From NCBI GenBank assembly GCA_036479435.1, contig JAZGFI010000001.1, positions 1 to 53,726 of the forward strand: 53,726 nucleotides of DNA. Reading direction: 5' to 3'. The position numbers and the translations under genes are program-made. How positions within the stretch are numbered: position 1 is the first letter of the stretch; the number at the start of each line of letters is the position of its first letter. The stretch is from Planctomycetota bacterium. Lineage in GTDB: Bacteria; Planctomycetota; GCA-002687715; DRQF01. Below are positions 17,661 through 27,476 of this stretch, one piece after another. The notes below the pieces were generated by a model that saw only the letters and a list, made by a program, of their open reading frames with translations, was not told the DNA's origin and searched no databases.

Positions 17661-18428
17661 CTATTTGTCTTTGCCTTGGATGTTGGCGTGCCGGTCAGCA
17701 ATCTGCTTTGCAATTTTGATCGCCTCATTCACTTTCTTGGGCTCCAGAATGTAGACCCCACCGATGCTCAGGACCGCAACGCCCAGCAGGATTGCAGCGA
17801 GGCGCGCAACCCGTACGACGGGGAGGTCTGGGATTTCTGAATCATCCGTTTGGTCGTAGGCCCCGTCGACCAGGTGGCTTTCGGACCGGGACGCGGGAGC
17901 TCCGGCGATCAAGCGCTGACGGATGGTGGCGAGATCTATACTTTTTGTTTGCACCATGTCAGGCTCGTCAAATTCAAGTGGCCTCATACGTCCCAAAAAT
18001 CCCACGGAGAGACACAGGAAACCAAGTTCTTTGATCTCGGAACGCTGGCAAAGAGGCGCCAATTGCCTAACTGTTTCGTCTTCAATCATCGCCGGTGTGT
18101 CAAACATCTCAAAGAATGCTTCGCCGCCTCGGACTCTGCCCACGAAACGTTCGGCCTGAAGGTGCTGCCAAGTTGTTTTGGCACCCCAAGGCGAATGCGC
18201 GATAATGTCATCGGCAGTGTATACGAGGAGACGCGTGGCCGGCTCGATGAGATCCGCGTAACCACCAGCCCTGGCATCAGATTCAAATTTCGCAAGGTGG
18301 TCTTGTATCTGCTCGCGCACCCATCCTTCCGACATCGCAATAGACTCGCTGGATGCGACGAATGTTGTCAGAAAGTGCAGAAACGAAGAGGCAAGATCAC
18401 TTAGAGGTAAGGTCGAGTCTTTGGGCAT
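17661..18428 (-). CDS. tssL: T6SS TssL/DotU family protein (no OmpA domain)
   Basis: LVYTADD, W..LQ.E.F....GGEAFF, LCLSVGFLG and a C-terminal TM. Lies between tssK and tssM. Probable start is ATG 18428. Confidence 0.85.
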   Translation of the reverse strand: MPKDSTLPLSDLASSFLHFLTTFVASSESIAMSEGWVREQIQDHLAKFESDARAGGYADLIEPATRLLVYTADDIIAHSPWGAKTTWQHLQAERFVGRVRGGEAFFEMFDTPAMIEDETVRQLAPLCQRSEIKELGFLCLSVGFLGRMRPLEFDEPDMVQTKSIDLATIRQRLIAGAPASRSESHLVDGAYDQTDDSEIPDLPVVRVARLAAILLGVAVLSIGGVYILEPKKVNEAIKIAKQIADRHANIQGKDK

Positions 18429-19851
18429 AAGGTTTCCTGACTGCACTAAGAACCATGGTCAAGGAATCGTGTTTGGCGCGATTGCGCACCCACTGGTAGC
18501 TTAAGACTTCGCCCCGGCTCAGCTGCGCTTTCAAGTCCGGCTTGTTGGACAAATCGACTTCGAAGTAAATTCTCGATTCCTTACTTCGAAGCCGGTCAGG
18601 CGTGCGCGCCAGAGTCCGAATAGAGAACCCGTCTAGCGCCTGAATGACGATACGCTCGATCGACTTCTCAGGAGACAACTTGAAGTGCTCTCTTAAGTCG
18701 GTGTGAAGTTCCATCTCATCAATGACTCGATCATCGGGTTTCTCGATGCCCAGATAAACGCGCCACTCAGAACTGAGCCACTCGCTCGAAAAACGGGCAG
18801 AAGCAAGTGCCGGCTGCGTCGCATCGACCTCAAAGATGCTCTCTTCGACGTCCTCGTGCCAGATCTGTGGAATCAGATCCCTAACTATCTTGTGGCCAAG
18901 AAGCAGTCCCGTGGCAGGCGACCGGTAGTTAAACTTGGGGAGTTCGCACAGACCTTCAAATTCTTCCGTGCGAAAAATCGAGAGCGCGCCGATGAGTTGG
19001 GCCAGTTCAAGATACACATCGAAAGGGTGCAACTCCTGAAGAACGTAGCTCAGCTGTTTGGAACGGGCAACCAAAGGGGCCGTAGCCAAGAGCTTCCATC
19101 GCGCATCTAGGCCGCCAAAAGACTCCTCCTCTAGAGTCTCGCGGCTTGTGTTTTCAGAGAGTCGCTCAACGGCGGTCGCGAGTTCTCGCAAGACGCCACG
19201 AGTCTCGGAAACCAAGCGACCTCCGAACAAACCGAAGACCAAACAATATTCCGGTGCAAAATTCGGATCGAAAACCGGCACGTCCGGGTCTTCTTCCGAC
19301 GGCACGATCAAGGCGATCTTGCGAAGGTGGTAGTTCTTTTCGTCCGGCTCAAAGAGAATGTCTATTTGCGGAGCTTTGAAGGTGATCTCCTGCGGATCGC
19401 GACCATCGTTGTCATTTTTCACAAGGTCGCGGTGACGTGCAAAAGGTCGCAACGGATTTTCGGCATCGGCAAGCGTCTTAGCGAGGTCGAAAACCCGCCG
19501 AACGCCCAGCCAAACCCCTAAGCCTTTCGCTCGGTTTTCAGCGAAGCGTTCGCGAAAGGGCTCCGAAAGTGGTCCGGTGTGGTCGGCGCTAAATACGACT
19601 TGCCTCCCGTTAGGCAAGTACATTTCGAGGTGCGTAACAACAACACGCCAGCCATCGTCATCTTTGATGGCGACTTCAAGGTCACGAGTTCCCCACCAAA
19701 AGGGATGGCCCGCCGCGGCGCGCGCGGTTGATCCAAGTCGTGCATCAAGGTGTCGCGACAACGACTGCATGTGCTGCGGGCGGAAGAACATTCCTTCTTC
19801 CCACAGGACTTCGCGGTCTGAGCGAAGCTTTTCTTCAGAAGAGAAGGCCAC
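18397..19851 (-). CDS. tssK: T6SS baseplate protein TssK
   Basis: VLWEEGMFFRPQHMQ, WG...L.V and LHPFDVYLELAQLIGALS.F; classic J-K-L-M gene order. Confidence 0.92.
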   Translation of the reverse strand: MAFSSEEKLRSDREVLWEEGMFFRPQHMQSLSRHLDARLGSTARAAAGHPFWWGTRDLEVAIKDDDGWRVVVTHLEMYLPNGRQVVFSADHTGPLSEPFRERFAENRAKGLGVWLGVRRVFDLAKTLADAENPLRPFARHRDLVKNDNDGRDPQEITFKAPQIDILFEPDEKNYHLRKIALIVPSEEDPDVPVFDPNFAPEYCLVFGLFGGRLVSETRGVLRELATAVERLSENTSRETLEEESFGGLDARWKLLATAPLVARSKQLSYVLQELHPFDVYLELAQLIGALSIFRTEEFEGLCELPKFNYRSPATGLLLGHKIVRDLIPQIWHEDVEESIFEVDATQPALASARFSSEWLSSEWRVYLGIEKPDDRVIDEMELHTDLREHFKLSPEKSIERIVIQALDGFSIRTLARTPDRLRSKESRIYFEVDLSNKPDLKAQLSRGEVLSYQWVRNRAKHDSLTMVLSAVRKPYAQRLDLTSK

Positions 19852-20314
19852 CCGACCCCTCCTGACTCACATCGCAACTGCTGTTGGAAAGATTGATGAT
19901 TAAGTCACTACCGCCGTCATCCAGATCCTGACGGGAGAAATAAAACTCGGTTGGATGTCCCTGATAGTTCGCGAACACCGACACGCCCGAAAAACTTTCA
20001 ATCGAACCCAGTTCATGAACGCCGCTCGGCGTTACCTCGCTACCCAGAGCCTGGAAATTGAGTTGCTTCGAGGATTTATGGTTCACTCGATCTGGTTTCT
20101 TGCCATCGATAGGTTCGAACCACTTGCTCGCATCGGGCCGGTTGGTGAGGCCACGGGACCAAGGAACGACATCGATCAGGACCTCATAGCCATCGTTTAT
20201 GTTTTGTTCCCCAACCTCAATTTGGCACTGCACAGTCAAGTCCGAGGAACTGCAGGAAACAAGAGCCAGGATCGAGGCCGCCAACAAGGTTGCTCTGAAG
20301 ATTGAAAATTTCAT
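19835..20314 (-). CDS. Lipoprotein, probable divergent TssJ
   Basis: Signal peptide with lipobox LVSC, IND.Y.V.ID.V, V.VFANYQ. First gene of the tssJKLM run. Start re-called at 20314. Confidence 0.65.
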   Translation of the reverse strand: MKFSIFRATLLAASILALVSCSSSDLTVQCQIEVGEQNINDGYEVLIDVVPWSRGLTNRPDASKWFEPIDGKKPDRVNHKSSKQLNFQALGSEVTPSGVHELGSIESFSGVSVFANYQGHPTEFYFSRQDLDDGGSDLIINLSNSSCDVSQEGSGGLLF

Positions 20315-20423
20315 GAATTCGCCTGTAATTACCTGCTTGCACGAGACCCACAATTGGCGTCTCTTTGGGCTCTCCTATTTTTAGCTCCTCCGGCGTTAGC
20401 TGTCCAGCGGGCCTCAAGGACGC

Positions 20424-20438
20424 CCAACTGTCGTGCCG
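20424..20438 (-). promoter_or_regulatory. Possible sigma-54 (-24/-12) promoter upstream of tssJKLM
   Basis: The minus strand reads CGGCACGACAGTTGG versus the consensus TGGCACGNNNNTTGC. Spacing is correct, but the -12 C is replaced by G. About 110 bp upstream of the tssJ start. Confidence 0.3.
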
Positions 20439-20933
20439 TTGCGAAGTTCGACCTGGGAATGGTGTATTGATGCTAATGAACTTAGAACGAGTTCCTAACG
20501 CCGATGAGGACCTCATCCGAGGCCCGAGCCCAAAACTCACGTCGCTCGTCAAACATGATCGCTTTACCCTCGAAAACGGCCAAGATCCCATGGTGACATC
20601 TCTACTAGCTCGCGAGATGATTGGCGCAGGCCTGATACCAAGCCGAAGTCAATCAGGTTTCGCGAAAAATTTGCTTCAAGCTTGCTCCAAGGACGGCATC
20701 GTCCTGGCCTGGCGATCTCCCCCAACTCGGTGAAGCACATCGCTGTTCAATCTGGATAAACTCAACTCTTGCCATCCTATGGGCAGAGAAAGTAACCTGA
20801 CGCTCCGCCCGAGTTGAGGATTCCCGACACCTAGGGCACTACAGGCATGCAGCTGGCGGCCTCCGTTGTTCGATACACACTATTCGTCGACAAGAGGGTA
20901 AGGGCGTGCAGCTCCGACTTGAGAGACCGTTCC

Positions 20934-23900
20934 ATGGATGAAGGCCAAACCGAGCAAATGAGTGAGGAAAACAAAAAGAGCAGACCAACAAAGGTCGAAG
21001 CTCCGGACAGCGAGCAACCGCTTAAACAGTCACAATTCGCTTCCTTCTTGCTGGCCGCATCCTCTGGCATCAAGTTCGAACTTCAGCCAAACGAAGACGC
21101 CAACACTCAGGACGAATCCCAAGAGCGACAGCCTTTCGCGTCTCTGAGCGAAGCTGGCAGATATTCCAAAGTCATTCTCGGGCGCGTGATCTCACCGGGC
21201 GGCGCTGTCTTGAGAGATGTCGCGGTCAAGATTCAACGGGACGGCTATACGCATGAGCACGTGCAGCAAGCGGGAGGTTCGTCTCAGGATACAAATCCAA
21301 AGATCAACAGCCTGTGGGAGAGAGAGATTGAGAGCCTCCGCAAGTTCTCCGGAACAAGCCTTGGCGTCGTTCAAATCTTGGATCTCTTCGAAAACTCAGA
21401 ATCCGAAGAAACGGTTCCAGAGCAATTTAAGCCTGTCGCGTTTTGCCACGTCCAACAGGCTTATTTTCATCTCTATTGCCCCCAATGCGGAGGGCATCTC
21501 GAAGACTGCAAAGATGATGAGAAACTCAGCGCCCTCAAGGTGCAGATCTTGGATACTGCGGAACAAGACCCTGTCGTTCTCCCCTACAGTAGCTCTACCC
21601 GCAGAGCCCTTTTTTGCGCGAAATGCGCGGAGAAGGGAGAGTCCGACTTCTTCGTACGCAATCTGCCAGAGCGAGTAGACGGGGAAGACGTGGCAGGACG
21701 CGTTTTCGATCGATTCGGACTGGTCCGCAAGTTCGGTGAAGCACTTTCCAACGGCACTTTCGCGGCAGAGAAAGTACCCTGTGTCAATTGCGAGTTTAGG
21801 TCGACCTGCTTCGAGAATTCGGAAAACCAAAACCAGGACCCACCCGCATTCAAAGCGATTCATTGGCTATCATTTTATGAGTTCTACGCGATTCCGCTTG
21901 ACTGTCTTCATCTGCAGTACGACCACGCGATACAGCTAGTGGGAGGCCGTTCCTTCGATGAATTAAAGCAAAAGCTCTCGCGTAGCCTGGGCCACACTTC
22001 GGGTCGGCGTCACCTCCTGTCTCAGGCAAGTCCCACCTTAAAAGCGGGGCGCAAGATGATCTACACTTCCGCCAACCCCGAACAGTTCGGACTTGAGACC
22101 CTCAAAGTCAAGCTCTCGCTTTTTCGGGCGGTCTGCGAAGGTCTGGCCAACATTCACAATCGCTGCCGCGGGCCTCACCTTGATCTAAAGCCACAGAACA
22201 TCATGGTCAAGGCGTCTTCGTCACTTCATGAGACCCCGGCCTTTTGGAGCCTAGACTCTCGCATCATCGACTTAGCTTCGGCCAATCCGTATTTTCATGA
22301 TTCCAGCGAACAAGAAGGAGACGTGCTGATCTTTGAACCGCCTCACAACCTGCACAAGATCTGGTCAAGTCCGGTCATGAGAAACCAAGAGAACTTCGGC
22401 TTCTTTCGACAGGGCGATTTCCAAATTCAGAAAATCAGTCAACGTCCTAACGGAAAGTTCGAGATTGTCGGGACGATTCAATGCAGCACTTTGAACATCA
22501 AGGATTTCAGCGCGAAGGATGCCGTCGTGGTGAACCTAGATCGCTTTGGTGATGCCTTTGATGGAAAGCGAATCGTTTTCTCCGTAACTCCGGCGCAATC
22601 TGAGCCCCAGACGCTCAAAATTTTGGGCGTCTCATCCTTGACCCCCAAACAGGTCAAAACGATGTCGCAAATGCAAAAGCAAGCGATCCTCGCCGATGAC
22701 CTTCCCTTTTACCAGTACAAGTGCTTTCACATTCCCTGTGATCTCTACAGCCTCGGAATGCTCTTGTTTCAAACGCTTCTTGAGACGGATATTCCGCCGA
22801 TCGCCAGCCGAAAATCTCAAAGAGGCCAGGCTATCGCGACGATCGCACAGCACGTCGAGAAGCTGAGTCGCGACATCGATACCGAGAACACAACCAATCG
22901 CGAACAAATCGAGCGTAGGGCCTACGCGCTCTTGGACAACCACGACAAGAGATGGCGAGAGCTCGACCCTGGAATGCGTGCTCGGACCAGACCGTCTTGG
23001 TGCTCGCGAGAAAACATCTTCTATCACCCAACTGACGAAAACTGGGCGATCGCCGAGTGGATCCCACAGGATCTTTGGCAAGACGCATTGATGATCGCCT
23101 TCAAGCTCGTCACGAACATCGAGAACTTCTCCTATTGTGCAAGCAACTCTGATTTCGAGCAGGACGACCCATCCTCACGCGTCATGCGAGCCTTGTCAGC
23201 AGTCGACATATTGGTCTCGAAAGTTCACACGCGTCTTTTCGGACTTCACGCAATTGCTCGCCCAGTTCACGATGCACTTTCGGCGGTTTACGGTCGCGAA
23301 GAACCGACAGACGTGGAAGCCCTCGAACAATTGGGGATTCGACAATCCAACGTCACAAAAGTCGTAAGGTTGTTCTCGGACAAGATCTCTGAGGATGCCG
23401 CCAACAGAAGCGCAGGTGACCTTCGGAAGCTTTTGGAGAAAAGATTCTTGAGAACAAAAGAAGTGCTGACCGATGAGCTATCACAGCGCGCATTTGCGTA
23501 TCGAATTCGAGCTGCTTTTCCTTATGTGGCACAAGAGGCGAAGGCCGAGAATTTCCGATTGCAAAGAAAGCACGAGCACCTTCAGGGTCAAGTCCTCAAG
23601 TTGGTGGGAGCGGCTGGCGTTGATGAACTCTCTAAACGTCGCCTAGACGAGTTGGATTCGCTGGTTGCAGTGTGCAACACGCTTCGCGACCACATCGAGA
23701 GCGCCCCGACGGACCTCAACTCCATGCGAAATGCCGCCGGTATTACCGGGGCGCAGAGATCCGTTAGTACCGCTCAGCAGCAGCCCATCTTGGACCTCAT
23801 GAAAAAATGGGCGACTGGCATGGAGGAGATCGACTTACCTGCCGAAGTGCAGTCTATTTTGGACGAACGTAAAGTCATCAATGTCCGCCTGCTGGGCGCT

Positions 23901-24128
23901 CACAATGCTGCGGTGAAAGCCGGCCTGAGACTAGTTTTTGAACAGATAGACCGTGAGTTTGATCGGGCGATGGAAGGCAGGAATCCCATCATTTCGAAGG
24001 CAAAGTTGAAAGATCTCAGGAGCCAGATCAGCGAAATCCTCACGAACGATGATCTCCACCGATCACCTCAAGAGCGATATTTCTGGGACGCGTTTGCCGA
24101 CGCCTACCGATCTTCTGAAAGAAGATAG
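20934..24128 (+). CDS. Large cytoplasmic Ser/Thr protein kinase with a Cys-rich insertion and a putative TagH/Fha C-terminal domain
   Basis: Kinase motifs AGRYSKV, VAVK, REIESL, HLDLKPQNI, IIDLA and DLYSLGMLL. Inserts carry CPQC..C, FCAKC and CVNC...C. No TM seen. The tail reads RLLGAHNAAVKAG...SKAKL...YFWDAFADAY. Start is probably 20934 or 20958. Confidence 0.8.
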   Translation: MDEGQTEQMSEENKKSRPTKVEAPDSEQPLKQSQFASFLLAASSGIKFELQPNEDANTQDESQERQPFASLSEAGRYSKVILGRVISPGGAVLRDVAVKIQRDGYTHEHVQQAGGSSQDTNPKINSLWEREIESLRKFSGTSLGVVQILDLFENSESEETVPEQFKPVAFCHVQQAYFHLYCPQCGGHLEDCKDDEKLSALKVQILDTAEQDPVVLPYSSSTRRALFCAKCAEKGESDFFVRNLPERVDGEDVAGRVFDRFGLVRKFGEALSNGTFAAEKVPCVNCEFRSTCFENSENQNQDPPAFKAIHWLSFYEFYAIPLDCLHLQYDHAIQLVGGRSFDELKQKLSRSLGHTSGRRHLLSQASPTLKAGRKMIYTSANPEQFGLETLKVKLSLFRAVCEGLANIHNRCRGPHLDLKPQNIMVKASSSLHETPAFWSLDSRIIDLASANPYFHDSSEQEGDVLIFEPPHNLHKIWSSPVMRNQENFGFFRQGDFQIQKISQRPNGKFEIVGTIQCSTLNIKDFSAKDAVVVNLDRFGDAFDGKRIVFSVTPAQSEPQTLKILGVSSLTPKQVKTMSQMQKQAILADDLPFYQYKCFHIPCDLYSLGMLLFQTLLETDIPPIASRKSQRGQAIATIAQHVEKLSRDIDTENTTNREQIERRAYALLDNHDKRWRELDPGMRARTRPSWCSRENIFYHPTDENWAIAEWIPQDLWQDALMIAFKLVTNIENFSYCASNSDFEQDDPSSRVMRALSAVDILVSKVHTRLFGLHAIARPVHDALSAVYGREEPTDVEALEQLGIRQSNVTKVVRLFSDKISEDAANRSAGDLRKLLEKRFLRTKEVLTDELSQRAFAYRIRAAFPYVAQEAKAENFRLQRKHEHLQGQVLKLVGAAGVDELSKRRLDELDSLVAVCNTLRDHIESAPTDLNSMRNAAGITGAQRSVSTAQQQPILDLMKKWATGMEEIDLPAEVQSILDERKVINVRLLGAHNAAVKAGLRLVFEQIDREFDRAMEGRNPIISKAKLKDLRSQISEILTNDDLHRSPQERYFWDAFADAYRSSERR

Positions 24129-24164
24129 ATCGGTCGCGGCGTGGGTGGTACTGGAGAGTGACGG

Positions 24165-24183
24165 CGGGGTGCCTGGCACCCCG
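24165..24183. repeat. REP-like perfect palindrome between convergent genes
   Basis: CGGGGTGCC-T-GGCACCCCG. Confidence 0.6.
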
Positions 24184-24191
24184 GGGGTGAT

Positions 24192-25376
24192 TTAGTCGGG
24201 TTCGCTGAGGGTTCTTTGGAGGCTTTCGGTGAACTTGATGCCGCGGAGTTTGAAGCGGTCGACGAAGTCTCGGCCGTCGACGGCGATCTCGAGCGGAATC
24301 GCGCCGGGGAGGAGTTCGCCCTTGGCCATCATGATGGCGACGACGCTGGCGGCCCAACCCGTGGTTCGCTGCATGGCGGAGAAACCAGATTCTTCGTCTT
24401 CGAAGTCCATGACTTCGAGGGTCATCTTGAGGTCGTGGCCGTCGCGACTGCCCTTCACGGTGACGCGCAAGACCACGAGGTCTTTGTCTTCGGTGAACTG
24501 AAGGCGCGGGCTGGCGACTTTGTGGAAGAGGTCGCGAGGAATGACCTTAGTACCGTTCATGTCCACCGGTTCGAGGTCGAGCATGCCGAGGTCGCGGATG
24601 ACCTTGAAACGCTCGTAGTGACCGGGGTAGCGCACGGTCTTGTAGTCGTAGTCTTTTACGCGACCTTCGAAGGTCCAAGGGCACGTGGAAGTGCCGCCCG
24701 AGGTCACAAAGGCCTCGCAACGACCCACGGGCTCGTCAAACTCGATCTCTTCCAGCTCGCTGAAGGTTTCGACTTGGACGCGCTTGCCATCCCTGAGAAA
24801 ATTGGCCATGCCGAAGTACTCGTTAGTCAATCCGGCGATGTTGAACACCACCTTGTAGAGCAGAGGCTCCCGTGGCGCTTGCGGAATGCCGCCACAACGA
24901 ATGTGAACGGCGTCGATCGTATCCATGTAGGACATACCGTAGGCCGCGAGAGTATTGCCCATCCCAGGCGCCAAGCCGCAATCGGGAATAATGGTGACGC
25001 CCGCAGCTTCCGCGTCTTGGCTCATCGACAGCACCCGCTTGGTCACATCGGTGTTCCCACCGAGGTCGCACATGTGCGAACCCGCCTGGATACAGGCCGC
25101 CGCAATGGCCGGATTGAAAAAATAGGGCACCGCCGAGAGGGTCGCGTCAATGCCCGCCAGTGCGGTTTCGACCGATCCGCCGTCGCGAACGTCCAAAGAA
25201 TCGCCGGTCGCAAGCTCACGACCAAGCAGAGCATTCACTTTGGCCGCGGCATCGGTGGCGACCTTGAGGCTTTTGTCGAACATCAAAATCGACTCTGCGT
25301 CGCCAAATAGACCCATATCATAGGCGGCGGCGGTGCCCTGAAGGCCAGAACCGAGGATCGCGTAACGAAGACCCAT
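24192..25376 (-). CDS. Saccharopine dehydrogenase / lysine 6-dehydrogenase family protein
   Basis: Rossmann motif ILGSGLQG, SAVPYFFN, CDLGG, PDCGLAPG, YKTVRYPGH and FSAMQRTTG. Confidence 0.9.
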   Translation of the reverse strand: MGLRYAILGSGLQGTAAAYDMGLFGDAESILMFDKSLKVATDAAAKVNALLGRELATGDSLDVRDGGSVETALAGIDATLSAVPYFFNPAIAAACIQAGSHMCDLGGNTDVTKRVLSMSQDAEAAGVTIIPDCGLAPGMGNTLAAYGMSYMDTIDAVHIRCGGIPQAPREPLLYKVVFNIAGLTNEYFGMANFLRDGKRVQVETFSELEEIEFDEPVGRCEAFVTSGGTSTCPWTFEGRVKDYDYKTVRYPGHYERFKVIRDLGMLDLEPVDMNGTKVIPRDLFHKVASPRLQFTEDKDLVVLRVTVKGSRDGHDLKMTLEVMDFEDEESGFSAMQRTTGWAASVVAIMMAKGELLPGAIPLEIAVDGRDFVDRFKLRGIKFTESLQRTLSEPD

Positions 25377-25481
25377 GCTTTCTCTCCGAAAAATGCAGCA
25401 TTTACAACGATGCCGGCGGGAATAATACCGTAAATAGAGATAGCCTTTCGCAGGAGCGCGTAAAGGCCCAGGGAGATCATC

Positions 25482-26561
25482 ATGCTAAATCACCCCCCGA
25501 CCCCTCATCGCCCGGCGATGCGGACGCTCGTCTTGGCCCTTGGTCTCACGAGTTTGTTGTTCGCCGTGGGCGCGAAGCCGGCCCTGGCGCAGCACGCAGA
25601 TATCGTCGACCTCAAAAACGGCAACACGATCAGCGGCGTCGTCAATTTGGTGGACGGCAAGGTCGTCGTCGTCAAAAAGCGCGGCGAGGGCGAGCTAAGA
25701 TACGTCCTCAGTTACGACCGCTTGGCCCCCCACTCCCTGTACTCGATCCTCCGGACTCGACTGGCCCCTCTCGACCATCGCGAACAGCGGCAGGTCGCCG
25801 ACGCCGCGTTTGCGGCCAAGCTGTTTTACTCCGCGGCCAAGCACTATCGGGCTTCGGCTCCAGATCCGGCGCGGATCAGCGACGATTTGTTCAAACGCAT
25901 CGACGAATCAGAACGCCAAGACTTCAGCAAGATGATGGGGCGCAGCAAAGCCGCGCTCGATCGTGAAGATTTTCGGCGTGCCCGACGCATCGCCTTGGGC
26001 GCATTGCGTCGCTACAAGCATCGGCCAGCCGAAGAGACCAAACGAGTCACCGAACAGCTCGAACGCATCACCAAGCACATGGAAACTGCGCGACTTCGCG
26101 TCGAGGCCTTGAAGAAGAGTCGAGTTGCGAAAGCGGTACTCGAAAAGCATGAGCGGAGCCTGCGATCCCTCGAAAACCTGATCGCTAAGGCCCAGAACTA
26201 CGAGTCAAAGGGCCTCAGCACTAGCCGCAAATTTCGCCGCGCCAAAGGCTACTACGACTTAGCATTGCGACGCCTCGGGGAGGCGGGAGTTCGAGCTTCG
26301 CGGTCCCGTCGAAATCGCGAACTGCCAGCCGATCTCCGGCAACGATTGCTGAAGGCCGAAGACGAGATCATCACGATGCAGATCCGGCTCCGGCTCCACC
26401 TCGCGAGCCTTTACACCGTGCGAGGTTCCTACAGTTCGGCCATCGCTTTCGTCAACAAAGCCCTCGCCATCGACCCCACGGACCAAGGCGCCCTCGCCGC
26501 GCGACGCGGTATCGAGCAGGCGGCCGCGGCAGCTTCGTCGTCGGGCGGTTTTATTCGTTGA
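25482..26561 (+). CDS. Secreted helical/TPR-like protein
   Basis: Signal peptide ending ALA-Q, DIVDLKNG..ISG.V motif, C-terminal TPR (AIAFVNKALAIDP). Alternative start at 25518. Confidence 0.7.
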   Translation: MLNHPPTPHRPAMRTLVLALGLTSLLFAVGAKPALAQHADIVDLKNGNTISGVVNLVDGKVVVVKKRGEGELRYVLSYDRLAPHSLYSILRTRLAPLDHREQRQVADAAFAAKLFYSAAKHYRASAPDPARISDDLFKRIDESERQDFSKMMGRSKAALDREDFRRARRIALGALRRYKHRPAEETKRVTEQLERITKHMETARLRVEALKKSRVAKAVLEKHERSLRSLENLIAKAQNYESKGLSTSRKFRRAKGYYDLALRRLGEAGVRASRSRRNRELPADLRQRLLKAEDEIITMQIRLRLHLASLYTVRGSYSSAIAFVNKALAIDPTDQGALAARRGIEQAAAAASSSGGFIR

Positions 26562-27372
26562 TGTGAATGTTGGCGTCGCCGCGCGCAATCTTGCGCTCGG
26601 CGTGCGCGCGGATGCTCGACGATTTTTCGGTCACAGCGATGGCCAAGGCCCGAGCATCGAGACTCGTAGCTCGGGCGTAACGACACAGAAACCGCAAGCG
26701 CTCAAAGACACCCACCGTGCGGCGCGGCGTCGAAAAGTCGAGCGCGGCAAGATCCTTCACCCGCCACCGCATCGGCACCGGCTCGCGCAAGTCAGCGCGA
26801 TCTAGATCGAGGACTTGAATCCGGTCGTCGGCATCCACACGAAGATGACCGAGGTAAAAGTCTCGGTGGTTGATCCCACCCTCGTGCATGCGAACCAAGA
26901 CTTCGGCGACGCCGATCGCGATGCGTTCTTTGCGCGCGGACGGAAGCCCTGCTAGCACGAGTTCTTCGAGGTTGTCCGCCTGCGGCAGCGCTTCCGTCAG
27001 CAGGCAGGCCCGCCGCACCAGGCCGAATCGAGACTCCTCCGCCATCATCAGCGGCCGGGGCGCACAAATGCCCAGTTCTTGCAGCCGATTCAAGGCGAGC
27101 CATTCGCGACTCACCGATGATCGATACGCGCGACCGGCGAAACGACCGCGCAGCGACTTCAGCCAAGATCGCTGCGTGATGCGTTTGAGGTAAATCTCGG
27201 GTCCAGCCGCCCCGCCCCGAACCAAGGTGCTCTTGCCCGCAACCCTGGCTTTTACCACCGAAAACTCCTCGGTCACGAACAGCGACGAGGGATCGAGCAG
27301 ATCGGAGGTCAAAAGGTCTCCGGTAGCTGTCGTCGCGCGGCTAATCCGCCAATTCCCTTGCTGAGTCTCCAT
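26551..27372 (-). CDS. Lipopolysaccharide kinase (WaaP/Kdo/InaA family)
   Basis: YLKR, REW.AL..L..LGI..P.P, HRDFYLGH, LDLDRA and RVKDLAAL. Confidence 0.85.
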   Translation of the reverse strand: METQQGNWRISRATTATGDLLTSDLLDPSSLFVTEEFSVVKARVAGKSTLVRGGAAGPEIYLKRITQRSWLKSLRGRFAGRAYRSSVSREWLALNRLQELGICAPRPLMMAEESRFGLVRRACLLTEALPQADNLEELVLAGLPSARKERIAIGVAEVLVRMHEGGINHRDFYLGHLRVDADDRIQVLDLDRADLREPVPMRWRVKDLAALDFSTPRRTVGVFERLRFLCRYARATSLDARALAIAVTEKSSSIRAHAERKIARGDANIHINE

Positions 27373-27476
27373 AAGTTCTTTTTAGCACGCCTTCGCCTCG
27401 AAACCCGAAAGGTCGCGGCGGTGTCGTGAGTTGATGTGACGTATACTCTGGCCGTCTGGATTTGGAGGATGGACAA

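Noticed and set aside
24216..25310. 364-aa plus-strand ORF
   Set aside because: Antisense shadow of the saccharopine dehydrogenase gene, explained by strong codon bias.
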